DNA from: Bacillota bacterium
GTDB taxonomy: Bacteria; Bacillota; Clostridia; Christensenellales; CAG-917
Length of the DNA: 64,000 nt
Direction of reading: 5' to 3'
Assembly: GCA_023665365.1 (NCBI GenBank)
Contig: JAMPEA010000006.1
Coordinates: forward strand, 5,336 to 69,335
Numbering within the stretch: position 1 is the stretch's first letter; every line of letters begins with the position of its first letter. The position numbers were made by a program, and so were the translations under genes. The notes beneath the pieces were generated by a model, which worked only from the letters and a program-made list of their open reading frames with translations, was not told the origin of the DNA and made no database searches. Shown here piece after piece: positions 22,001 through 29,381 of this stretch.

Positions 22001-25000
22001 TCTCGTTTGTTTCGACGACGTTATTATTGCCGAGGACTATATCGTAGGCATATCCGCCGAAGTAGCCATCGTAGCCCGTGCTCCAAACGCCGTCGCCGCT
22101 TAGCATAAGCAGACCCGCGACCGCGGTTTTAATAGCGTCGGCAAAGGTCACGTCCTTGCTTTCGAGCGCGTAGTCGAGCGTAATGCCGCTTGTATCGGGA
22201 GCGTTATCGGGGTCATACTCGCTATTCAGTTTGACGAGGAACTGCCCGCTTGCGTCGATGCTGACCTGCCTCTTTTGGATTGTAAAGGTCTTGCCCTCGA
22301 CGGAGAGGACGATTTCGTAGTTATTGTTGTTTGTGGTAATGGCGCTTGACGCGTCGTAGGTATACGAGCCGACCGCCTCGCCCGCTGCGCGCGTAATTCT
22401 TCCGCCCGACGAGAAGATGAGGAGTTTATCTTTTTGCTCGATAAAATCATAGCCGTTGAGCAACACCTCTTTTTTGATGAGGTTTTCGATACTGCCTGTG
22501 CCGCCTACGGCGGTAAACCAACCGAACTGCTCCGTGCTTACCGAGAAGTAGATAGCGGGGTCGGAGTTGCCGAACTGTTTAGACTGATCTACTGCCGAGA
22601 CGTTGACCGTCCTTTGCTTGACAGTGTGCTTTATGCCCTCTTTGAACTCAACAGCGTAGTTTTCGCTTACACTCTGATCCTCGTGGCGCACGATAAAGAG
22701 CCTCTCTTGGATTATCTCGTAGATGGCGGCGTCTATTTCGAGAGAATTGCCCCAGTAGGCGGCGTCGAGTTTGAGACTGCCGTCAAGATATTCGCCCGTA
22801 AGCGGCGCTTCGTACTTGCCGTCCGCGTTCAATTCGCCGACAAATCCCGAGATTTCGAATTTGAGCTCGATTTCGTCGCCGTACACGCTTTCGGTTGCGA
22901 CAGGCGTGATTACCACAAGCCCTTGGAGAATTGAGAACTGTATCGGGACGTTGAAGCCTAATTTGTTATCCGTCTCAGACGGCGCAAGGACGAACGCCTC
23001 GTTATATTGTTTATTATTTTCATCAGTATATATATCATCTAAATATATACGAATATAATAAGTGCCGACGTCGATGGGAATTCCGTCAAACTTTACGCCG
23101 CTTTGCGAAGCGTTGTCGAAAGAGGAGTAGAACTCGAATTTGAGATATTCCTTTGCGGCTTCGTCGCTTAAATCCACGTAGTTAAGCATATTGAGCTTGG
23201 TCGCGTCGTAGAATTTGTTTGCGCTCGGAGTTTTTGAAACGATCTTTCTTACGGACGCGGTGAAATTGACGTTGTTTTTCGAGCCGTTCGCGTCAACAGG
23301 AAGCATGTCAAACTTATCGTTGTCGTCGAGCTTGTAAGTGATAGTATACTCGTTGCTGTTCTCGTCGTGCGTGACGGTGATTAGCGATGCGAAGCTGTCA
23401 TCCGCGATTGTAAACGTATTGCCGGACGTGTAATTGTAAAGCAAATTGGTCTCGCCTACGTTGAAGCGGAAAGGCGCGTAGCCGCTGTTGGGCGCGAAAG
23501 TGAGCGTGACGGTGTCGCCGCGCTTAGCCGCATCTATATCGGCAGAAAGAGTGCCGTTTTTGCCGAAGTTATTATCGCCTATAACCGCGTCGAGCATGGA
23601 TGCGCTTACTGTATACTCCGTCACGTCAATGAGCACGTAGTACGAATTGAGCTTTGACACGCGTCCCGACTGGTCCACCGACCAAACGTAGATGACGCGC
23701 ATACCCGCGCCGAGGCTCTGCTTAAACTCGACGTTGAGGTCTACGCTGGATTCCGTGAGTTCGTCGAGCGTGTAAATTTTGAGCGTATCGAGGTTAGTGC
23801 TGCTCAAAATCGAGTTTATATATTCCTCTGATTTATCGATCGCAAGCCCTTTATACGCCTTCTCCATATCAAAGACTGTGCCGAATTTTTCAAACGCCTC
23901 GACGGTATTAAGATATTTAACCGCTATGAAAACGCCCATTTTCGTATTAAAGGAGCTGTTTGCAACTACTGAATCATAGAACGAAGAAAGCGTGGCGCTT
24001 AGCGCATAATTATCAGTTTTCCACTTTTTGTTTGCCGCGTCGAACTTATAAAGCAGAGTATGCGTTTCCTCGTTGCTATTTGCCGCGAGGTAGCCGTCCG
24101 AGCCGTCGCTCAGCGTCGGAGTGTCGGGGTCAATGCGGTCGATGAAGATGCTTGCCTTTCCCTTGGATGCCGCTTTTTTTAAAGAGGGGTCGCCTTCCAT
24201 ATCCGCCACGCTCGCGTATGCGACCGTCGATATATCGAAAGCCGTCCTCCAAGCGACCGTCGGAAACGCGCCGCTTTCGTTGCCCTCGAATGTCACTACG
24301 ATAGTGCCGACGTAATTTTTGGCTGCGGCATAATACTCTACGCTATATGTGAAGTAAACGTCTGTTATATCAAGCTCTGTCACAACGTCCGACAAGGTAA
24401 TTTGCCCTGTTTCGTCATCTTTATTAGTGCCAATCAACCCGTTCCCTTGGTCGCTTTGGGTATAAAGTTTAAGATTGCCCTCTCTGTCGAAGCAAAGTAT
24501 ATATACCTTTTCGTTTTTATCCGTAAATTTGATTGTATTTCCCGAGAAGTTGATTGCCGAGACAGTGAACGTCAACGTAGTGTCGCCCATTGCCCAAACG
24601 CCGTCGGTATCCTTGGTTTGGAATATATTTTCCTGCGATATTGTTTCCGTATTGTCGGTTGTTTTGACCGTTGCATTGACCGAATAATCCGAGCAGTCGT
24701 CGTAGTCAACCTTGACGTAGTACGTGCTTGACGTTGAATTAAATCTGCCCGACGCGTCTATCATATAAAAGTCGAAACGATAGTAGCCTGCGCCTGTCGC
24801 GCTGACCCCCTGCGGACTGCTTACGTTATAATCGGTTGATTTATAACCCTTTGCCTTGCCTGTTTCAAAGTCGTATTCAAATTTCGAAAAAGAACCGTAG
24901 CCTAACGGCAACATTGTAGATTGACTCTTTATTGAGCTATACTTTGTATATCTGGAATTGGTCAAGCCGCTTATTGTGTCGGCGCGTTTAACGGTGTAGA

Positions 25001-26849
25001 ACCACACGTACGGCGCGTCGTCGTCGGCTTCGGGCACAGTGACGGTAGCAGAAAACTTCTTTTGCTTATACCATTTCGTATCTGTCCTTTGAAGCGCGGT
25101 AGTAGTGGTTGCCACGTATGAGTAATCGCCCGCAAGCGCTTCGAGCGTGGTGTCTCCTTTGACTTCTGACAAATCGATGCCGCTGAACGTTACGTTAGAC
25201 TCGCACGTGCCGTTGCCGTAGTCTTTGACCGTAATTTTCAATTCGACGTTTTGCAACGCGTATAGGTACACTCTCACACGCGCCCTGTTAAACTTGGCGA
25301 CCACAAGATATCCGACAACAGTATTCGCCACTCCGTTTACTTTTCCCTTAATTTCAACCCGATCGCACATATTGGTTGAATCCACCGAGTTTGTGTTAGA
25401 CGCAGTAATCTTTGTATCGTACATATACTGCGTAGTCGCAGATACAGTATCGCTTCCGATTGTGCCGGAAACCGCAATGGATTTTATGCCGGAAGCCACT
25501 TTTGTCGCAGTCTTAACGTCGGTATCCGCCGACCAGCCGTTAGTGGCGTCGTACGTATATCCGCCGATACCCATATACTTCCTTACGTCGGCGGTTGACG
25601 TGTACGTAGACGTGTTGAATGCGCCGCTTGACGCCGTGCCTGCCGAGTAGTTATAAGTATCGGCAAAATCTATCTCGGCGCTCTTGTAATACTTTGTAGA
25701 TACGCTATCTTTTCCGATAGTCTTTGTTAGCTCTTCCGACGTATATGAATTCAAAGTCCAGCCGGCAGACGGATTGCCCTTATCAGCAGCCTTTTCAAGG
25801 TCGCTTTGGAGGATTTGATAATAAACGGGCCAATTACTGTTGGGAGTCGGACGATATGGCGTATAAAGCTCGCACGCCTTCTTGGCGTCTACGTCGGTAG
25901 CATTGCCCGTAAGCTCGTGCGTCGTCTTGTCCTCGCCAAACACCGTGCTCATTTTGACAGGATGTCCGCCGTCCTTGATTGAAGTTGAAGCACTGTCTGC
26001 GGCATTGGATAATGAGAGCGTAAAGGTCAGACTGATGGATTCTATGTATATGTATCTATCATATCCTACACCCAAAGTAGACTTTTTCGGCCAATCCATG
26101 CCTATACATATCCCCAAAAACTTGTTTCCTGTGCTGAGCGTTGCGTCGCTTGCAGTATATGTCGTATTAGAAGTTTCCTTTTTAGTTGCGTCAGTTGTAT
26201 AGCCCCTAAGGGTAGTCTCTAATCCGCTTGACGCCGGCATTTTGTTAATGCCAAACGCTTTGTACCACACATTATTTGTATATCTATTTTCTACTACCTT
26301 AAATGAAAATTTTGCCTTGACAGTAATATTGCTATTGTCAATCATTTGGCACAAAAAGTCGCTTAACTCGTAAAACAAGAATAACTGAGCATCATATGGA
26401 TCGACAGCCTTTTCAACGCGAACCTGCCATTTGCCCTTTTGATTTTCTCTGCCTGTTAATTTTGGATTTCCGCCAGATTTAATAAGGACTTGGTTTGTTT
26501 GAGTCGGCGTAACTTCATTAAAATTGTCCGTAGCCGTCCAAGACGTTTTCGTAGTCGTCGTGCCGGGGAAGGTGCTTGTGAAATCTGTATATTTCAACGC
26601 GCCTTTTGCACCCGTGATGGTTTCGGGCACGCCGCCGAGAATAGTACCTTTATCTCCCGACGAATAGTTGCCGTCATTATTTTCCGCCGACGCAACGTTG
26701 TCTAAGCCGTTATTCGCAAAATCACCGTTATTCGTATTAGGCGCAAACGCCAACGTGAGACTGAATGCCAGCGCAAAACACATTGCTACGGCAACAAGCG
26801 CCATCACCTTGATTGCGCCCTTTTTCTTCCACGTCTTGCTTTCTCTCAT
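16029..26849 (-). CDS. Giant (3606 aa) cell-surface protein with MBG/YDG-type repeats and a C-terminal membrane anchor
   Basis: N-terminal signal (KKKGAIKVMALVAVAMCFALAFSLTLAFA); repeated KVYDG/KMYDG/KEYNG and KIYGNSD/KTYGDIDP motifs; C-terminal TM helix followed by RKSKLKK. Confidence 0.85.
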   Translation of the reverse strand: MRESKTWKKKGAIKVMALVAVAMCFALAFSLTLAFAPNTNNGDFANNGLDNVASAENNDGNYSSGDKGTILGGVPETITGAKGALKYTDFTSTFPGTTTTKTSWTATDNFNEVTPTQTNQVLIKSGGNPKLTGRENQKGKWQVRVEKAVDPYDAQLFLFYELSDFLCQMIDNSNITVKAKFSFKVVENRYTNNVWYKAFGINKMPASSGLETTLRGYTTDATKKETSNTTYTASDATLSTGNKFLGICIGMDWPKKSTLGVGYDRYIYIESISLTFTLSLSNAADSASTSIKDGGHPVKMSTVFGEDKTTHELTGNATDVDAKKACELYTPYRPTPNSNWPVYYQILQSDLEKAADKGNPSAGWTLNSYTSEELTKTIGKDSVSTKYYKSAEIDFADTYNYSAGTASSGAFNTSTYTSTADVRKYMGIGGYTYDATNGWSADTDVKTATKVASGIKSIAVSGTIGSDTVSATTQYMYDTKITASNTNSVDSTNMCDRVEIKGKVNGVANTVVGYLVVAKFNRARVRVYLYALQNVELKITVKDYGNGTCESNVTFSGIDLSEVKGDTTLEALAGDYSYVATTTTALQRTDTKWYKQKKFSATVTVPEADDDAPYVWFYTVKRADTISGLTNSRYTKYSSIKSQSTMLPLGYGSFSKFEYDFETGKAKGYKSTDYNVSSPQGVSATGAGYYRFDFYMIDASGRFNSTSSTYYVKVDYDDCSDYSVNATVKTTDNTETISQENIFQTKDTDGVWAMGDTTLTFTVSAINFSGNTIKFTDKNEKVYILCFDREGNLKLYTQSDQGNGLIGTNKDDETGQITLSDVVTELDITDVYFTYSVEYYAAAKNYVGTIVVTFEGNESGAFPTVAWRTAFDISTVAYASVADMEGDPSLKKAASKGKASIFIDRIDPDTPTLSDGSDGYLAANSNEETHTLLYKFDAANKKWKTDNYALSATLSSFYDSVVANSSFNTKMGVFIAVKYLNTVEAFEKFGTVFDMEKAYKGLAIDKSEEYINSILSSTNLDTLKIYTLDELTESSVDLNVEFKQSLGAGMRVIYVWSVDQSGRVSKLNSYYVLIDVTEYTVSASMLDAVIGDNNFGKNGTLSADIDAAKRGDTVTLTFAPNSGYAPFRFNVGETNLLYNYTSGNTFTIADDSFASLITVTHDENSNEYTITYKLDDNDKFDMLPVDANGSKNNVNFTASVRKIVSKTPSANKFYDATKLNMLNYVDLSDEAAKEYLKFEFYSSFDNASQSGVKFDGIPIDVGTYYIRIYLDDIYTDENNKQYNEAFVLAPSETDNKLGFNVPIQFSILQGLVVITPVATESVYGDEIELKFEISGFVGELNADGKYEAPLTGEYLDGSLKLDAAYWGNSLEIDAAIYEIIQERLFIVRHEDQSVSENYAVEFKEGIKHTVKQRTVNVSAVDQSKQFGNSDPAIYFSVSTEQFGWFTAVGGTGSIENLIKKEVLLNGYDFIEQKDKLLIFSSGGRITRAAGEAVGSYTYDASSAITTNNNNYEIVLSVEGKTFTIQKRQVSIDASGQFLVKLNSEYDPDNAPDTSGITLDYALESKDVTFADAIKTAVAGLLMLSGDGVWSTGYDGYFGGYAYDIVLGNNNVVETNEMIITLAEGAIYYIYIGNPDAVIINIRDGVSLDFLYGQIQGKELTYKYLHDNGYLVESTELPTMPDFTDVSWTVNLADGYLGAGSYNVVVSDAKLLNGNEELENRVVVGTFTIRVNPVEIVIRPTNRDDSKIYGNSDSGFNFDYVIVSINGKDFPIGESYAGISRTDIRSTISGAYVRGRYANNGAFRAFGEQYDPATYNNGFIIGGNGDYYSFAVGSAFTSSNSGFTVRALLDTAKKFVIEQKAVNLRVQNFVGVNRAFDNTNTVDFGATLAYNLSSELVRAIDDLRLAFDAVYTGVGSMSEPTNVGIIFTNLRLEGSSANNYRLGTIVNDSNLPSDDPQNELWNGDTLITDSTKLDFNSQNVNVKVVIYYLNNKPYEKSARITISMGAIAIYKSDFSVSKVYDGGTGIYAQNIQIKNRSDANGGSTMLYRLWGTSASHLISGTTFPKADVNSYYVEITLFFDFPGIKEEGSIEIKDTDAYYDETIQITIIENEGVRINIKDLAASITQKILGADDFVSIKPVAQDYTSKADVKRTEITLAHGALADEDVNIVSVNIFTKINDGNVNAGIDHSVEITDESYVSSDNYKLDLEALNAYYSGDNALKVTVNKAKLIPNVVFKDREYNGKAKVEPSRGHEYTYEFIAENYTFDLMDELEKITNEGDIEYFLSKDGVENANVLIDENNGNLIKRDVIVRGVKLLAEGVDLGNYVMYSMTVDGSYVTVEIGEENKVNDYELFDVLTISRKEVKVLDNNIVIKDKVYDGYNTADVKITLKNSGIIEDDGQEQAKYLSIKAIGTFNGSNVGTNLRVTIDKFELVAEVGHEHLLNNYFLSATERTRIANILPRPIGFTVDLGEKEYNGKALIEGASNNVKFELKTETMIGMDSRGGYDVVVYDKTAYYIDKNVAIDGEQVVGKEGTVFNPELGTYTSSRIVNYVLAITTDKYIAPDDNGKYKDADGNYLGLGDYLAYVDFEGVLHYGEVPPQDDEGNYYNVDYCYYALPTADKYIAINDNNKVAIANAFAAGAVAGRYALEDVGEVYAIYSAYDGYDDSDAEVIKSLPAAMTYVNGYGKINQKGLSISSDAIDVINEDAFTKMYDGTTYFYGVEDVDYSYIEGGVVGVIPGDDVSVVRVVAKYENSSTYANYVEFTPGGIGPADENNETSKDYLNYSIDDNITPARHKGEIIRRPIDAILNDGNVEYGTALNKIVGDVTYLAHGNNTSEANSDGLYLLTEWEGQLYLALEQFEDMMGFKFADYKKDFAASMYVIVKDGETLNGFNKYDGEVNQNDLDKYYIRLSVSSLPTVNVTFENPVPKAGESSLTYNLAVTAIDNFVFQPKYSETNTEGNSVLTVAQKDLYVTTTGTLTIGKNYSKTYGDIDPTVELFYLNKDGGEGFAAGENAHNTFVGVLPEVRWGVLNLTTGEWIMLGAENADEIVDLNTYQSAYKYALISKGDGINVGLGDDEIYAARVFAPENADYASSNYNVILGTGFEVADGNVMTTYAVAGDESGAMYPFKSAASTLEIKLPDMAGLTLRGAENNAFNFTYDGSNQVKNLILGALAAGDEIGLGNADEAVEVINASDSAYVGHVVVRRAIKIDEGDPRGYCNLWISGDEVSIFVARANAQLSAVTTSKYYDGKPYAYEVGGEGVNKMISSVCDLSANHVNISYAVLRGKDYEAVDEMRNAGTYRVTIELNSSFADDYPNYATDTVAVTYKILTATVDVIISNVGYTEVPNTSVKTLTAEYDSAKTSYEIAYDIINMSGLDAALQLPKSQTVLSFDKEITSAGRYPFSIKIVKGDLDENNYKLVGAQGVLVLTTKNVEASDASINVGSNIVANRLVAKEITQDKGSGTDLGLWSDVNEYMPHINNQAKLSSIVKLEIYCDDTPVTLNGGSVEVSVAVPETVGDLKDKAIYTVTADGGLKLLEGYTVADGKITYTTDYLGALVFVEFTANVMPLWQIILIAVGASLVAIAVVWTVVAFVLRKSKLKKLA

Positions 26850-26927
26850 AATCTTCCCTCCAACAAAATCTCCCCAGATTTTATTTGGCTTTTGCCCTCA
26901 TTGAGGTCGTCCCAAAACCCCTTAAAA

Positions 26928-27060
26928 TTCGTCACCCAAAGGAGCGAAGCGACGCGGCAATCCAGAGAATTTGCAAGTAAATGATTAACATTCTGGATTG
27001 CTTCACCATCGGAGTCCCCGCAAAATGTCATTTTGTGGGGTGAATTCCTCGCAAAGGCGG
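26928..27060. repeat. Family C REP-like element (GCAATCCAGA...TCTGGATTGC) with nested family B, in the leader of the giant gene
   Basis: GGAGCGAAGCGACGCGGCAATCCAGA ... TTCTGGATTGCTTC [B at 27011-27041] CTCGCAA. Related pieces at 27336, 29211, 61961 and 63441. Confidence 0.75.
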
Positions 27061-27175
27061 CGATTGATTGAGTTTTGAAACAACTCTATTGCGGGCTGAA
27101 TTTCCCTTATCTTATATAATATATACGCCCGTACACGCACGCGTGCCTCACGCATTATATATCATATGCTATTAT

Positions 27176-27204
27176 ATGATAAACCTATAACTTTCCAATG
27201 TCAA
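27176..27204 (-). promoter_or_regulatory. Candidate sigma-A promoter of the giant gene
   Basis: Minus strand TTGACA, 17 bp, TATCAT. Confidence 0.5.
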
Positions 27205-27223
27205 TAGTAAATTTTTTACAATG

Positions 27224-27470
27224 ATCCACCTCATCACCGCTCCGCTTGCGCTCTGCGGAGCTTCCCCTCATAGGTGAAGCCATAGTATGGATATTGTGTC
27301 CCTCTGTCCGTTAGCCCTCCCCTTCGGGGTCCCCGATGACGAAGCAATCCAGAAAAGCCCTCCCATTGAGGGGAGGGTGTCACGCAGTGACGGGTGAGGT
27401 GTCAATTTAATCCACCTCATCACCGCTCCGCTTGCGCTCTGCGGAGCTTCCCCTCGTAGGTGAAGCCATA
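27224..27470. repeat. Family D REP-like cluster (61-nt direct repeat plus inverted partner)
   Basis: 27224-27284 and 27410-27470 are identical except for one base; between them lies CCCTCCCATTGAGGGAGGGTGTCACGCAGTGACGGGTGAGGTG, related to 61875-61960 and 63474-63512. Confidence 0.8.
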
Positions 27471-27516
27471 TTATTGATAGGGTCTATCGGCTACCGTTAA
27501 AATCAGACAAAGTCTG

Positions 27517-27619
27517 CGACTTAAAAATGCGTATTTACGCAACTTTGCGACATAAAGTCTTGACAATGCCACTAAACAGTAGTAAACTGTGTACGACTTA
27601 AAAATGCGTATTTACGCAA
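27517..27619 (+). promoter_or_regulatory. Promoter flanked by two identical 26-bp operator-like repeats
   Basis: CGACTTAAAAATGCGTATTTACGCAA at 27517-27542 and 27594-27619; TTGACA (27560), 17 bp, TAAACT (27583) between them. Confidence 0.7.
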
Positions 27620-27639
27620 TTTTAAAACATAGGTGTTTT

Positions 27640-28929
27640 ATGGTTATTGAAAGAGAACGCTATTTAAACAAGCTGATAAAGAAAAAGGAAAACGGGCTTA
27701 TCAAGATAATTACGGGCATACGCAGGTGCGGCAAATCGTATCTGCTGTTTGAGCTTTACAGAAAGTATTTGCTTGAAAGCGGCGTTGATGAAAATCATAT
27801 CATATCGCTTACGCTTGACGACGACGAAAATATAAAATACAGAAATCCGTTTGAGCTTGGCAAGTATATCCGAGGCGAAATCAAAGACGAAAAAACCTAT
27901 TACGTTTTTATAGACGAAATACAAAAGGTAGTGAACGTGCAAAACCCGTATATCGAAAACGCCGAGGACAAGGTGGGGTTTGTCGACGTGCTTTTGGGAC
28001 TTATGAAAATAAAGAACGTCGATTTGTACGTGACGGGCAGCAACTCGAAAATGCTTTCGTCGGACATATTGACGGAATTCCGTGGCAGAGGGGACGAGAT
28101 AAGGATAAATCCATTGAGCTACGCGGAGTTTTATTCGGCGACGGAGGATAAGCGGCACGCTTGGCGCGATTATTATACCTATGGCGGAATGCCGCTTGTG
28201 CTGTCTAAGGATACGCACGAGGAGAAAAGCAAGTATCTGAAAGACCTGTTTGCAAACACGTATTTTGCAGACGTGTTGGAGCGCCATAAGATAAACGACC
28301 CCACCGCGCTTGACGACCTGCTCAATATAGTTGCGTCGTCGATAGGGTCGCTCACGAACGCAACAAAGCTGTCCAAAACGTTTAAGAGCGTGAAAAACGT
28401 CAACATATCCCCCAAGACGATAGACGGCTATCTAAACGACTTTATAGACGCGTTTTTGCTTTATAAATCTTTCAAGTATGATATTAAAGGCAAAAAATAT
28501 ATAGAAACTCCGCTCAAATACTATTTTTCGGACGTGGGATTGCGCAACGCGTGGCTGAATTTCAGACAGCTTGAAGAAAATCATATTATGGAAAACGTCA
28601 TATACAACGAGCTCCGCGTGAGAGAGTTTGACGTTGACATCGGCGTTGTCGAATACAATTATAAGGAAAACGGCGCAAGTAAACGCAAGCAGTTGGAAGT
28701 GGATTTTGTCGCCAACAAGGGAAGCAAAAGATACTATATACAATCTGCACTGACGGTTGCAGACGAAAGCAAGCGTGCGCAGGAAACTAATTCGTTGAAA
28801 CGGATTGCCGATTCTTTCAAAAAAATAATAGTCGTAAAGGACGATATAGTGCCTTGGCACGACGAAAACGGCGTACTCTATATCGGCATTGAGGAATTTT
28901 TGCTTGATGAGAATGCAATGGATTTTTAG
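27640..28929 (+). CDS. AAA_14-type ATP-binding protein with DUF4143 domain and a C-terminal nuclease-like motif
   Basis: ITGIRRCGKS Walker A, FIDEIQ Walker B, VTGSNS, YGGMP, KYYFSDVGLRN, ENVIYNEL, EVDFV...YIQ. Start ATG 27640 after an AGGTG RBS. Confidence 0.9.
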   Translation: MVIERERYLNKLIKKKENGLIKIITGIRRCGKSYLLFELYRKYLLESGVDENHIISLTLDDDENIKYRNPFELGKYIRGEIKDEKTYYVFIDEIQKVVNVQNPYIENAEDKVGFVDVLLGLMKIKNVDLYVTGSNSKMLSSDILTEFRGRGDEIRINPLSYAEFYSATEDKRHAWRDYYTYGGMPLVLSKDTHEEKSKYLKDLFANTYFADVLERHKINDPTALDDLLNIVASSIGSLTNATKLSKTFKSVKNVNISPKTIDGYLNDFIDAFLLYKSFKYDIKGKKYIETPLKYYFSDVGLRNAWLNFRQLEENHIMENVIYNELRVREFDVDIGVVEYNYKENGASKRKQLEVDFVANKGSKRYYIQSALTVADESKRAQETNSLKRIADSFKKIIVVKDDIVPWHDENGVLYIGIEEFLLDENAMDF

Positions 28930-28950
28930 GCAGTTTTCGTATATCTAAAC

Positions 28951-29253
28951 AAGTAAAAATGCGCTATTTGGCGCACTGCTTCGTTAGACGAGCACGCGAG
29001 CAACCCAACGTACAAACCAAACGCAACTTAAAAACACGATATTTTGCGTCAGACAAAACAGTTAGTTTGTAAAAACGCGATATTGAGATGAGTGACGCGA
29101 AAGTGCCGCCTGAATTACAAGCCTAACGCACACACTTTACATAAGTAAAAACGCGATATTTACGTTAAACAAAGTAATTAGCTAGTAAAAACGCCACTCT
29201 TTCACGCCAATTCTCTGGATTGCTTCGCCAATAAATTAGCTCGCAATGACGAC
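28951..29253 (+). repeat. Array of truncated family A arms sharing (AA)GTAAAAACGCGATATT, with a family C piece
   Basis: Units at ~28951 (opposite arm), 29028, 29069, 29143 and 29184; family C at 29211-29251. Confidence 0.8.
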
Positions 29254-29381
29254 GTAAAAACGCGATATTTGGATGCAGTACGCGAAAGGGGCGATTTTTT
29301 ATCTCGCCTAACGTACAAGTCGTACGTGACGAGTAAAAAATCGCCCCTGACAAAGTAATGCGCCAAATAGCGCGTTTTTAC
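29254..29381. repeat. Family A hairpin element (complete copy A4) overlapping the pckG stop
   Basis: 19-bp outer inverted repeat with 1 mismatch (29254-29272 / 29363-29381); inner GGGGCGATTTTTT/AAAAAATCGCCCC; apical ACGTAC/GTACGT. Confidence 0.9.

Noticed and set aside
17019-22934. Long plus-strand ORFs (639, 394, 182 and 166 aa)
   Set aside because: Antisense shadows of the 3606-aa gene, with the Val/Asp/Arg-rich composition expected from reversed codons.
16029-26849. Diversity-generating retroelement or phase-variable tract in the surface-protein genes
   Set aside because: No reverse transcriptase, no template/variable repeat pair and no clearly slippage-prone tract seen in the window.
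28951-29272. CRISPR array or orphan mini-array
   Set aside because: The shared head is only ~16 nt and degenerate, spacing is irregular, the tails are fragments of family A, and nothing resembles the tracrRNA anti-repeat. The same applies to 15710-15925.
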